Assembly (NCBI RefSeq): GCF_032062105.1
Contig: NW_026930920.1
Coordinates: 1-64,000 of the forward strand
Direction: 5' to 3'
Source of the DNA: Saccostrea cucullata
Taxonomy: Eukaryota
DNA length: 64,000 nt
The position numbers and the translations under genes are program-made. Shown in pieces: positions 13,395 to 54,923 of the stretch; position 1 is the first letter of the stretch, and each line of letters starts with the position of its first letter. The notes beneath the pieces were generated by a model. The model searched no databases. It worked only from the letters and a program-made list of their open reading frames with translations, and was not told the DNA's origin.

Positions 13395-15392
13395 TCAAGT
13401 CGGCCACTCGTATAACGCTTTGCCCATCGCACCACTCTTCGCTAAATGGTGGAATCCAAAATCATCTTCTTCCTCCGTGAATATTTTGAAAACCTGCTCA
13501 ATTATATGAAATAACACTTTTTAGACCTAGTAATTTTCAAAACCTCCTCGAAAGTATCATCATCCGAAAAATCCACGATTGAATATCAATCGTAGATAAA
13601 ACAATTAAAAATAAATAAATTTAGCAAAACTATTCTCATTTTCGTTATCTCTAAATTTTGGGTTTATTTAACAGAACAAAACATATTTGAAAATCAATCT
13701 ATCACGATGTGTTTTATGCATGCAAAACTTTCATCTGAAAAACTGAGAGCAACAAAGATGGTTTATGTTATTCCAAAATTCACTAAGTAAAGACACTGAG
13801 AAAATCTTTGTCTCTCCCCCAGAATATGACAAAAGAAAAAATGTCAAATGTCTCTTATATACTTAATATATACAGGATATCAAAAGAAATCTAAAATGTT
13901 ACACATATGCATGACCCTTTAATTACTGTAAAAGACGCTGATTTGGCATTACTTAATTAAACACCCAGACATTTAATCTTTAAGCATAACATGAACTTGC
14001 GCTCGGACTGATGTGCAGTCTGCGAATCACATGACAAAGCTAACACAACTCACCTTATTTTGACTATCTAAAGTATACACTTTCACCTCCCCTGGCTGTA
14101 AATATACCTCAAGCTTAACTCCATAGTTCTCTATCGTGTGGTTCCCGGGAGGGACATTTCTAAACCCCCGAAATCCCCCTACTATCTCAACTTTCTTTCC
14201 ATCGCATATTATAAAGTCTTTCCAAATATCTCGCAATACCAACCAGGCACCTAAACAGAATTAACAAATCAAAAAACACAAAGTACATGCACTGTATATA
14301 CTCTGTACTAGGGTACATTTATACTAACTACATGTACATTAAAGTCAATCATCAGTCTTCCAAGTTCTGAGTGTTATACAATGTATGTATATTCTCTAGT
14401 TCCTAACTCAGTTCGAGCACTATACCATGATTTATATTTCATACAAGTTTTGAACTATTGATATTTTTTCCTATTAAAGGTACTTGGACACAGATTTGAA
14501 GTTAATATTTTCTCTATAATATTACGACTTATATATTTTAATAGCATATCACACAAAAATTAATTAAAAATCTTATTTCATTTAAAAGTTATTAAAACTT
14601 CAAATTTTTAGGTGGGTTTGATTGACATCCTTGCACTTTCACAAATTTTAACTTTATTCTTAATCCTTAGGGAAAATGGCAATCTTGTTGAGTATTAATG
14701 AGAAAATATCAAAACTTTAATCCAGAAAAATTATTTTATTCAGGGTAGGAATGTTAGAAAGCAAAACTCCTTCACAAGTATCGTCATTCCGAGCTAAGTG
14801 TTGTGTACAGAGTTTAGCAAATCGATCACACTCGTGTTGTGTACGCAGCTTTTTGTAAACAGGGCACGGGCTCTGTTATTGTTGATGTTTACGATTCACC
14901 GGGTGCGTTCAATCGTCAAAGTCTGCTTACCACAACTGCACGGACTGACAATATATTGTGTGTTTGTTTTGCCTTCGAACATGTCTACTCTGAATTTTCT
15001 GGATTATAGTATTAATATTTTTTCATTTATACACAACAACATTGCCATTTTTCCTAAGTATTAAGAATAAAATTAAAATTTGTGAAAGTGCAAGGATGTG
15101 TCAATCAAACCCGCCAAAAAATTGAAGTTTTAATAACTTTTAAATGAAATAAGATTTTTAATTAATTTTTGTATGAACTGCTATTAAAATATATAATTAA
15201 GTCGTAATATTATAGAGAAAACATTAACTTCAAATCTGTGTCCAAGCACCTTTAAAAAATTCATGCAGGATATTCGATTACTGGTTTCTGTGAGGAAATG
15301 TATATGGCATTTAACACTGCATGCTGCACTGCATGCTTAACGATTTTCGGAGTTGTTACATTGTACTGAGAAATTATAAACTTACTTGTCAT
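13395..15392 (-). CDS. 100-aa protein resembling a stand-alone AAR2 N-terminal domain; exons 15392-15386, 14250-14054, 13493-13395
   Basis: ATG ACA A|gtaagt ... tttag|GT GCC TGG ... AAT AAG|gtgagt ... cag|GTT TTC ... ACT TGA gives 303 nt in frame: MTSAWLVLRDIWKDFIICDGKKVEIVGGFRGFRNVPPGNHTIENYGVKLEVYLQPGEVKVYTLDSQNKVFKIFTEEEDDFGFHHLAKSGAMGKALYEWPT. AATAAA (minus strand) near 13240. The gene model is well supported; the AAR2 likeness (FRGxxx(V/I)PPGxH) is recalled similarity. Confidence 0.75.
14478..15251. mobile_element. Kolobok/T2-type MITE with long (~230 bp) TIRs, in intron 1 of the AAR2-like gene
   Basis: TTAA|AGGTACTTGGACACAGATTTGAAGTTAAT ... ATTAACTTCAAATCTGTGTCCAAGCACCT|TTAA. TTAA TSD with AGG..CCT termini. 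Confidence 0.88.
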
Positions 15393-16242
15393 TTTCTGTC
15401 TCGATGAATCTAGCCTAGGCTGAAAAAATATGGACTTTTGTGACAACACATAGTAACAACAAAAACAGGGACTTAACAATGTCAATATAGGTGTAGAAAA
15501 TTTAAATCCACCATGGACAAGATTTGGTCAGATACATTGGATCGCGGCCGTTCAATAGTCATTTCTCGGTTTAAATGCCCAATCAGTTTACTTCCATTTC
15601 CCCCTATAAATCAGGCAGAAAATGTTAAACAGTTTAAGAAAATAAAATATTAAATGAATATAAATTTTGTCAGAGGCCGCAGTCATACTATACAAACAAT
15701 GAACAGCAACACAGTGGCGGATCCAGAAGTTCATGGGGGGGGTGAGGCCCAAAGGGCCTAAGAGGGAGGGCATGGGAGGGGGTGTCCCCCTCCCATAGGT
15801 GGGGGTTCGGGGGACCTCCCCCGAGAAAATTTTGTTTTAAATGGTTCTAAATGGTGCATTTTTCAGCATTTTTGGGGTACTTTTGTAGCTTTTTTTAAAG
15901 ACCGATCATCACAAATCTTTAAGAATTTACCTTTAACAGAAGACTTTAGACTTTGCTTTAAAAAATTGTTAAATCTGACAATTTCAGGAATACAAGCAGT
16001 TGACTTCAAGCTGTCTTCACTTTAAATGCACCTTCTGTTAATTTAGTCGTACGTCAAGCTGACTTCTAAGATACAACTGATGTTCACTATTTAAACAATT
16101 AAAAAAAAAAATTAGAAATTGAATTCTTTTCAGAATCCCAAAATAGTGCTTTCCAATTCACTTGAATATACTGTCAATATGATTTGGGATATAAACACAC
16201 ATGTGATATTTCAAACTGTAGAAAAAATTATATAAACTGAAG

Positions 16243-16787
16243 ACGGTGCCAGACAACTCACCGAAAGACAGGTCACCGACAAAAGTGAAAATCACCGAAT
16301 TGACAATTCACCGACAACAGCGTCGGTGAGAAGAATTTCACAGACAATGTTTTTATAATAATTGTTAGATGTCGTGTTAAGTACGTAGTTCTATTCAGAT
16401 ATAATAAACATAATCAAAGATGTATAAAAAAAAACACCCCAAAAAACATGTTTTTCTTTGTCTTTTTTGTATATCCATCATTGTTGGTCTAGCGCATACA
16501 GATTGCTTCTCGTGAATCCGAGCAAGGTCATAGGTCGGCAATATTGGGTGAAGTTTTTGATTTAATGAAAAAAAGATTTGAAAATGAATAAAAACGTTTA
16601 TTCACATACACGATTTTCTCTAAATATTTGTTAAATTTCGATGTTTTATATATTCGGTCGATGATGTGTCTGTTGGTGACCCTTCTTTCGGTGACTTGTC
16701 GTATCGGCGAGTTTTATAGTGTCGGTGAAAAAAGTGTCGGCGAGTTGTCGTTCGGTGAGCTGTCTTTCAGTCACCTGTCATAGACCC
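16243..16787. mobile_element. Degenerate TIR element with short subterminal repeats (possibly MULE-like)
   Basis: Repeated GACAACTCACCGA/TCACCGAC motifs on the left mirrored by TCGGTGA/TCGGCGAGTTGTC on the right. Near-duplicated flanks aactgaag / aactgagg. Confidence 0.55.
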
Positions 16788-17601
16788 AACTGAGGAATCT
16801 GTCAAAACTAGAGGGTTTTGCTAAGCCAACCTGATTTTGTAAAAAAAAAAAAAAAAAAAAAAATGCATTAATTTAATTTTTAAAACGGTAAAAAAAAAAA
16901 CCTGAATAATAATTTATTCAAATAGTTAAAAACATGCATTTTATCAGCAAAAGAATATTACTGTGCAGCACCGACTATGCAGTTTTCTGTTGTTAGTACC
17001 TGACTATATTGTACTGTTCATGTTTATGATCTTGTGACTTCACTAGATGCACGGACTACCCTGATCTCTCTCTCTCTCTCTGTTGATTTAATACTTGTGT
17101 ATCGTGTGCGTTCAAGCGGAAAGTAATTTCCTGTTACGTAGTTGATACCTGTATATTGGTATTAATTAGCATAGTGTATAAACGATGAAGATTTGTTTTA
17201 AAAATCGGATCTTTGAATTTTATGAAACGAACCTTTGCATCGAATATAGCCGACCACACCTTACTGAAAGTCCAAGGTTGACTGAGAATTGTACTAATTT
17301 TACAGCCCTCTATAAAAAGGACTAGAATCATGAGAACATTTATTACATTCGAAACTTCGATTAGAATATTTAACTTTTCATATCATAAATCAAATAAATA
17401 AAACTTTAAAAAGTGAAAGAACTAATTCCAACATACGCTATTGTATCTATCCGGGAAATATACTGCTGTGTTTGGTTCTAACATTACGTTGACCTTAGAA
17501 TTTCCCGTTTCGAATTTGGCTGTCCAAACTGTTTTCACACCAAGAAGGTGCAGTAAATGTTTCCTAAACAGCTCAGTCTTATTTCGTACGAGTAAGAAAT
17601 A

Positions 17602-46830
<29,229 letters not shown>

Positions 46831-47689
46831 GTGTATCTAAGCCAGTGAGAGGATAATATGGTCAAACTGAAGATGTATAGATTGCATATAAATCTCCCTA
46901 TTTTGAGAAGAATTATTAATGTGTTTATTTTTAATGATTTATACATAACATCCCAATTGGAATGAGAAGTTGAACTTCAAGTATGTACAAAACCTTTTCC
47001 CTCAGAGGATAGGTAGCATTTTTATCAAAATGCCTTGAAGACAGTTAAGTTTTAGGAAACAGAGCACTTGATATTTTGAATAATATGAAACTGATAACTC
47101 TAACTTGATTGAGCAAATGAATAATAGCTTTTGAAATCAAAGATACTACACAAATTCAGAATACCTAGTATTGTTAAAGATTTTTTTTAGAGTTCATATC
47201 AATGTTTGAGATGAAGTTCAATTGTACAATAATTCTGTTTAAAAAAATTAGGTATGTCAAACAGTATGTCTAATGATAACCAACCATATTTTGTAAAATG
47301 TTGAAATCTTGTGAAATTTAGATATAGTTTTATCCAAGCATTTTATAAACAGAAGCTGCGAATAGTGTGTAAACATATATATGATTCTAATTCAGTATAG
47401 CTATTTTATTGTGTAATCATGCATTTTTTCAGGGTTGACTACAGAATGCATAAATAATGCATACAGCATAGCATAAGCCTATTTCACTTTGGTATTATAT
47501 CATAAGTTTAAAAGTTTTTTCCTAGAAGATATTGAGAAATATCTCAAAGATAAAAGCATGGTATAGTTACACATTGTACTGTATTTATATATATATTATA
47601 TGTAATTTGTTTTCATGTACAGTGTTTTCAATTAAAGTATTCTTAATTATGTAGTTCAGCATTCTTATGCAGGGGTGATTAGTACCCTT

Positions 47690-48490
47690 CTAATTCAAAA
47701 GTTACAACAAGTTAAAGTTTTTGTGTCAAAGAGACAGATTGATAGAAAAACAGAGATATGAGATTCAATGTCCCCATACTTTTACAAAACTAGGTAACAA
47801 CATGAGAAGAATTCATAGTAGCTAATAGTGGCCAGCTTTCTAACATGACAAGCAAATTCAAGAATTGTGGTTCCCCGCTTTCGGTGTCTAAGTTGGTGTG
47901 ATGCTATAATTCATGGCATATTGTATCAAATATAAATGCCCTATCATATGTCATTCCAAAGTAATCACCAAAGTTATTTTTTTAAATTAGGTCAAACATG
48001 AAGGATAAGGCCAAAGTTCAAAATTCATAGCTTGCCTCAAAAATCTTGTCTCATGCATTGCACAAGTCAAATATGAAAGCCCTACCTCTTTCCAATCAAC
48101 AGGTTTTAGGAAAAACATTTTTGAAAAGTAGATCAAACATTGTGGTCAAGGCCACAGGGTCAAAAGTCATAGTATATTTTGAAATGTCTTGTCACAGGTA
48201 AAATGCATGTAGATGTATAATATGAAAGTCCTATCTTTTCTCTTGCAAGAGATACATGTATGACCAAATGTATTTTTTTAATAGTAAGTCAAGGTCAAGG
48301 TCACGGGTCCAAAAATCAAAGTAATTTTGGAAAGGTCATGTCACATTTACTGTACATGTGAAATATGAAAGGCTTATCTCCTCTCATTCAAAATTTATGA
48401 CCAAGGATAAAGTTTTTGTCACAAACAGACAGACTGACAGAAGAATGAGATTCAATGTCCCCTCGCTTTCGCGAAAGCGGAGGACTAAGA
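47690..48490. repeat. Helentron-like repeat (GGTCAAGGTCA family) with tandem core units
   Basis: Repeated aaatatgaaagccctat / ggtcaaggtcac units, gaca microsatellite, terminal hairpin cctcgctttcgcgaaagcggagg. Confidence 0.7.
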
Positions 48491-49295
48491 GCTTTCACGA
48501 AGTACAAAGAATTACTCAGTGACAAGGAATGACTATATAATAAGCATGATAAGTTATACATGTTTATGCAGATGTCAACCCTGTAGCAGTGTAATATTCA
48601 TCAGACAATGGAAAAAGAAGCATTTTATACAATGTATACATTGTTTGTATCTATGACAGCAGAAACTCTTCAAGGTACGTATTAGATGACAATAATAATA
48701 CCCAGTCATCAAGCTAGACATTTAAAACGAATTGATAGAATGAACCACCTCAACAAGTACAAATGACAGGTGATCCTTGAAATCTGAGGATATCTTTATA
48801 TCTGGGAGGCTCTGACAGAATTAAGTCTGCAGACTTCCAAACAGAGAGGGTACATTGATTTTATTAATCTACAAAGATCATTTAGTGATCTCGTGAGACT
48901 GGCCGCCATGTCTATTGGAAAAATGCCATGTGTTAAAGGCTACTGGGTGATCCTCTAGAAAAAACTTAAAGTTCATCAGGCCTTTTGAATGTTTTACTTT
49001 GCAAATTTAATGGATTAAACAACTGTTTTTCCCTTTAAACTACTTTGTGTGATGATCATCCTTTTAATTTTACAATGATGACCGACTAAATGATCATTCA
49101 TAACATTTTCAAAAAATGTACATTCTTCTCAGTATATGAATGAATAAAGTAACAAATTTAAAGTTTTCAAGAAACTTTTAAGCAAGTGTCTCTTAAAGGA
49201 ATCAATGCGCATCTTCCAAGAACGGAAGAACAATTTTTCACATATGTCACGAAGCATGAAGAGAATACATGCGTCAATAAAATAACAGAAAAAGA

Positions 49296-51314
49296 TCATT
49301 TCATTTTGTTTCCGTTCGGATTTTTCCAGTACAAGTTTTTAGAATTTTCTACTTTCCCAGATGTATTGAATGGCCTGGTCAGCATTGGTTTAGTAGTCGG
49401 CGGCTGTTTCTTCCCGCGGTAATTCTGATCGCTTGGTGGTAGTATCGCCAGCACGTTCTGCTGCTCCTGTTGCGTGAGCACTGTCATTTCTAGTCTCTCT
49501 AGATTCTCCTGTAATATAGCCAGTGACGCCTGTTGAGTGTTCAACTGTTTCTGTTGCTGAGCCAGCAGCTGATGCGCGCTCTCTTTCTCAGAACCAAGTT
49601 TCATGATTTCCTCGTTCTGCTTGACCAACAAGTCCTCTAATTTTATCTGTCCGTCTGCTAACCTCTGGTGACCAGACGCTAAATGCTCGATCATGCTTAG
49701 TTTCTTGTTGATCACGTGCTCCTGGTTTGAGATCTGTAATTCTTGATCCTCGATTGTTCTTTTCAACTGACTTATCTGCTGACTTTTTTCATTTAAGTCT
49801 ATTGGAAAAATGCATGTTTGAATTAGAAAAATCTTTCACGGACTTGAATGTTTTAATTGCAAATTTTCGATTAAACAACTTTGTAACTTTGTGACTCTTT
49901 CATGAAATCGATTGTTTGTCTCTTTCAATTTCCCCATGGCGTTTTGCAAGTCTCTATATTTTCTTTGCATGTCCGCAATTTCGTCGTCCTTGAAGCGTAG
50001 CTGCTGCAGAAGCTGTGCCTTCTCTTCCCTCTCGCGTATCAATGCGTCTTTAGCACTGTCCAAAGTTTTCATCACGTCTGCCAGTTGCTTCTCTAGTTCA
50101 GACTGTCTCTGTATGATTGTATTGAATTCTCTTTGGGAGGCTTTTGTATCCTTAGATAGTGTAGACAAAGACATTTTCACACCGACAATTGCTAGTTTCT
50201 CTTCTCGTTCACTAAAGGAAGTATTCAGAGGCGAACTACCATCCCATGGCATAGAAATATCCTATTGGTGAAAAGAAGAAGTTAAGGAGGCTGGGGGGTC
50301 AACAGATTAACCACAAATTAACGAACAGATTTAACTTATTTTTTTAGATACGGTATCTTAAGCTGTCAACTATCATTTGGCAAAGAAAAAATTCATACAT
50401 TTTAGTTTTAAAATTTGATTATTTTTGTATATTTTTATATGGAGCTCTTCTTTTAAAGGAGATCGAAACAGTCTGAAAATGGCTGCCACCCCCCAGCCTC
50501 TTTAAAAACGAGAGTTTATACAGAAATTGCACATTATATTGTAACTCAAATTCTTAATCTGTATTTTACCTTTGCCGTTTTTTCATAAAAATCTTCGGAA
50601 TTCAGAGTATCTGTAAATATAAAAAAAAAAAGGATTGTCATATAATCTATAACAACCTTTGTAAATAATATTCGGGAAAAGGTTGTCGTAAATAATAAGA
50701 ACAGACGGTTAGCTGAACTGAACTTCTTAGAAAATGAATGAGTTTGAAATATTTTACTTTCATACATTTACTGATTGAGTCCGCGTCTTCTCTCTCAGTT
50801 CTCAAGTTTTCAACCACGTGATTGTACCCACAATCCTTTAGGACTTCACAGAATTGGTTATATCCGCTAGGGCATGACTTGAGGACCCGTTGTATGCACG
50901 TGTCTATTCTGTCTTTATATGTTCCCTGTTGCAGCACGTCGTCTTTATCCGAGGGAGTCAATACGCCTCGATCCTCTAGAGTGTCACAAACTATCTGGAG
51001 GTTTATCTCTTCATTCAGAGTTAAAAGGTACCTTTCAAAGATACATCATTGTAAATTCATGTACTTCAAATAAAAAATACACTTTTATTCATAGACATAT
51101 CAAGCAATACAGTTGAATGAAATATAAATCACAAACCAGGAAAACAAATAATATCAAAAATTGCAAGCTAAGGCGATGATGACATTCAAATAATCTCCAA
51201 GAGATGGAGATAAACATTACAAAAATACCTCAGAAAACTCCATTTACCATCGAGAAGATAGGCCTGTTCTACATCGGGATTGAATGTGACTTTTCTCTGG
51301 TCTTTTGTTTCCAT
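49296..51314 (-). CDS. CARD-like + coiled-coil protein A (~423 aa); probable exons 51314-51229, 51031-50772, 50610-50570, 50261-49880, 49798-49296
   Basis: YLLTLNEEINLQIVCDTLEDRGVLTPSDKDDVLQQGTYKDRIDTCIQRVLKSCPSGYNQFCEVLKDCGYNHVVENL follows the CARD helix pattern. Downstream exons are Q/E/K/L heptad-rich. The first and fourth donor sites are uncertain. Confidence 0.75.
50286..50501. mobile_element. Kolobok-type MITE in an intron of CARD-CC gene A
   Basis: TTAA|GGAGGCTGGGGGG ... CCCCCCAGCCTCT|TTAA. Confidence 0.85.
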
Positions 51315-52155
51315 TCTGTTAATAAGGATATGGGTATGTATCAAGTGTGTTCGAGACTTTGATTCTGAATTCACACTTCCTCTAAAGATTGATAAAAGGT
51401 TGCGAAACAAAGAAACCTAATTTAAATAAATATGGTCTTTAAGACATCTTTTATAAATCTTTATTTTTTTTTTTGTTGTTGAAAGACCTAGCTGTTTCAG
51501 GCACAAAGCTTAAAGGAATATCGAAAAAGATACACAGATTTTACTTGTTTTATTTTTATCTTGCTAACTAATGAAAATACGTTGAAGCTCAGATTACACA
51601 AAATATAACTTTCCTAACAGTAGAATTGATAGATTTTTTGGAGATTAAATCTTACCTTTAATTAAGGAGATGAGCACCGCCACTACTTCTGGCTTTTTGA
51701 GCTCCGAGTGAAGATTGTAAGGACTGAGGAAGAGTTTGGCTTAGTTCCATTTTGTCTCTTTGCAATGATTTAGCATTTATTGTCCTGACGCTTCTATCTG
51801 AGACAAATGTTTTGTTGACAGAATTTAATTGTCTCAGACGTGATCTGTTTGGCATTTATTATTCTCTTCTTTATTTTCCAGTGCGAACCTTTTCTGATGA
51901 GAACTCTGATTTGACGTAATCAGGTTTTAGACAATGAGATAGGGTCCAATTTTAAATTTGAATCATCGCTGTAGTTTTTAACCTGGATATTTTTTATGTC
52001 AATAGGTTTGGGGGTTTAAAGACTTGTTATTTGAATTCACCATGATTTAAGACTTAGACATTAACAATATTAACTTTTCATAGAACAATGACAAATCAAT
52101 TAATTTCTCTGAAGAAGTGGCCTAGAACAACAGAACCTTTAGTTAAGGTTCATGA

Positions 52156-53040
52156 CTAGAGGTACTCAGTGTGAGCACTGAGCTCACTTAATGATATCTC
52201 CCCGCCTTCCATATGATTATAATGGCAAAATTCATGTATTGCACTGGGAGACCCGAATTAAGTGTTAGATCAAAAAGTAAAATAGAAGGCACACAATGGA
52301 ATTATGATATCAAGAAATCTGTGAAAGTTTTAAATTTTATTCAGTGCTATAGGAGGAGTTGCCGATAAGAGATGTTATCCTTCAATATTATCGAAAGAAT
52401 AGCAGTGGCCATGTTTTTGCTATGGAAAACCCAAAATATGTTTCCGATCAAAAAGTAAAATAGGATCGAGGTGCAAAATGGCCAGATTCTGTGGAATCTC
52501 ATTAAAATTTCATTCAATGGTATAAGAGGAGTTGCGGATAAGAGATGGGTACCCCAAAGCGTAACAGACGGACATCCCGATCACTATATACCCTACTGTT
52601 TTTCAAGCGGGGATGTAAATTCCCGTGCACTTGCATGAATTGATAAATTTATTTTTTTCCTCTTAAAAGGCTTAATAATTTCTGAACAATTCTCGTAAAA
52701 AAAAAAGTTCCCTAATTCCCCTATTTATATTTTTCATGTCTTTGTTTCAATTTTCCTTTGCGTTTTTAATACCTCCCGCTTGATCGGGATGTCCGTCCGT
52801 CTGTCTGTTACGCTTTGGGATACCCATTTCTTATCCGCAAGTCCTCTCATACCACTAAATGAAATTTGATGAGACTTTCACAGAATCTTTATTACATATT
52901 GCCATCATGACCTCCTATTTTACTTTTTGATATATTTGGGGTTTCCCGTAGCAAAACATGGACACTGCTATTTTATTCATATAGGAATGGGAAGCGGGGG
53001 ATATCATTTAGTGAGCTCATTGCTCACAGTACCTCTAGTT
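52156..53040. repeat. Inverted pair of a Helentron-like repeat (52156-~52615 and ~52773-53040)
   Basis: ACTAGAGGTACT..GTGAGCACTGAGCTCACTTAATGATATC mirrored by GATATCATTTAGTGAGCTCATTGCTCACAGTACCTCTAGT. The internal gcggataagagatgggtaccccaaagcgtaacagacggac is also mirrored. Confidence 0.75.
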
Positions 53041-54069
53041 CAACATAGGTTACTGTTGCACTAGGAAGCATGTATGTGAAATAACAAAAATATTTTGGTC
53101 ATGATTTCTATGAAACCTGACCCTAGCAACCAGTCAATTTTCCATGTGGATGGACAAAAAATATCACTTAGAACAATTCCCAGTTCAGCTTGGATTTACA
53201 GTAACGTTACATAATTAGCTTATGAAATTTACAAAGCTTTCCTTCACTCTTTAAATATACATAGAATAGAAATTCGGCCGAAAGTCAAATAGTGTAGCAA
53301 ATAGCCTATTAAAAGTTCTCGCACGGCACAGGGGCGGAGCTTAAGTCGTCTCATCGTTGTCGACAGCAATTTAAAGTTCCTGATGTTATTAATTTTCTGA
53401 CCAATGAGAATCTTTCCGAGGTTGCCTTACTAAAAGTCCAAGCTTACCTTAGAACTAGCTGTAATAATTTAAGGATTTGAAATGTTCAATGTTTGAAACT
53501 GCAATCCTTTTAATGTCTCTTTCTACTAGTATTTTGGAGAGGATTTGCAGAGGCTGTACTTGATGTTCAATCCAATCAGTTAATTGACTTTAAATAAAAA
53601 ATACTGATTAAATTGTGAGAAAACTGTTTTCATCTAAAACATTTTAATAACGTCTATCCGAAAACTTTTTATTCATATTGAGAAACCACCACTTGCAGTC
53701 GAGGGCTGCAGATTTATAACTGCAATTGGTATAAAATTGGTATAAAATTTAAGACCTTTGAGTCAGTTCTTACTGGCAGTTACTGCGACCCGGGACCTGG
53801 TTTGAATGGCTTCGTCGAAAATGCAGCTAATAGACAAATAAATTGCCTTAAGCCAATGTGACCCCTCAACATGTTATTTTCGTAAAGCGTTTACTTCGTA
53901 AACTTTGTTTGCATGTGATGACGTACCAAAAAGAAAACTTCATGAACGCGATGACTTCAACTTTTCTATCGTCATTTAAAACTCCTCTTATCCTTATTAA
54001 TGCAGTTAATGTCATTATCACCAGAAAAAGGAGTTGATGTTTCCCAATTGATTTGATACATAAGGCCAT

Positions 54070-54192
54070 GCTCTACGTAAAAACGATTTCTGAGACGAGG
54101 CAACCTGTTGACAAATAAGCTGATTAAGCAAGGCTATGAAAAGTTTCGTTTAAAGTCAACATTTCACAAATTCTATAGAAGATACAACGGCC
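54070..54192 (+). mobile_element. Penelope-like retroelement fragment
   Basis: FLRRGNLLTNKLIKQGYEKFRLKSTFHKFYRRY resembles the RT C-terminal motif (LTxKLLxQGY...LKSS.RKFYGR) of mollusc Penelope-like elements. Confidence 0.65.
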
Positions 54193-54923
54193 TTTCAGCC
54201 TTTTCAATCTTTTATTATATCGATTGTAAGCATACGTTATGCACCGAAAAATATCCCAAAGGCAACATGGGACAGAGAGAAGTAGCAGTAAAACTGAAAC
54301 AATGGCACAAACATCTTCACTTTGTTGGGACATTAAAGCATTTCTTATTCCACAGCGCATCGCGTGCTATTTTAAAAATAAAATTTCTGCAAGTTGCGTA
54401 AATAATTGTTCATTATTATACCTGAATGTTCTTATTCTATATACATGTTATACTCAGTATTAATTCGTGACGATTTATATAAACCCTGGGCTAATTCACA
54501 AAAAGGATACAATAAAATTGATATATAGATTTAAATGCTATTATCGATGCTTTATTAAATGTTTTATTGACAATATAAGATGTAACATGATAATGAATGT
54601 CTAACAAAGATCACCTGTACCGCTGTCTTTGAAACAACCTTCAAGCTTCTGTGCACGTCTTCTGTGATCAAACTGTTCTAAAGGCATTGCGTTAACTTTA
54701 AAACGTGCAAATATAGAGTACAGGAATTTAAAAAAATAAAAATGTAAAGCACTGACTTAAAAAAAGATGGATGCCAGTAAATTGATACACTTTGCTGCCT
54801 CAAGTTTATATTTTCAAAAGCATATAGTCTTTAGATACAAAGGAGGCAGTTTTTCCATGTTCAGTCGAATAAACTACATATATTTGTTATTCCAATTGAC
54901 TTCGTTTTCCATATGAGATAAAC

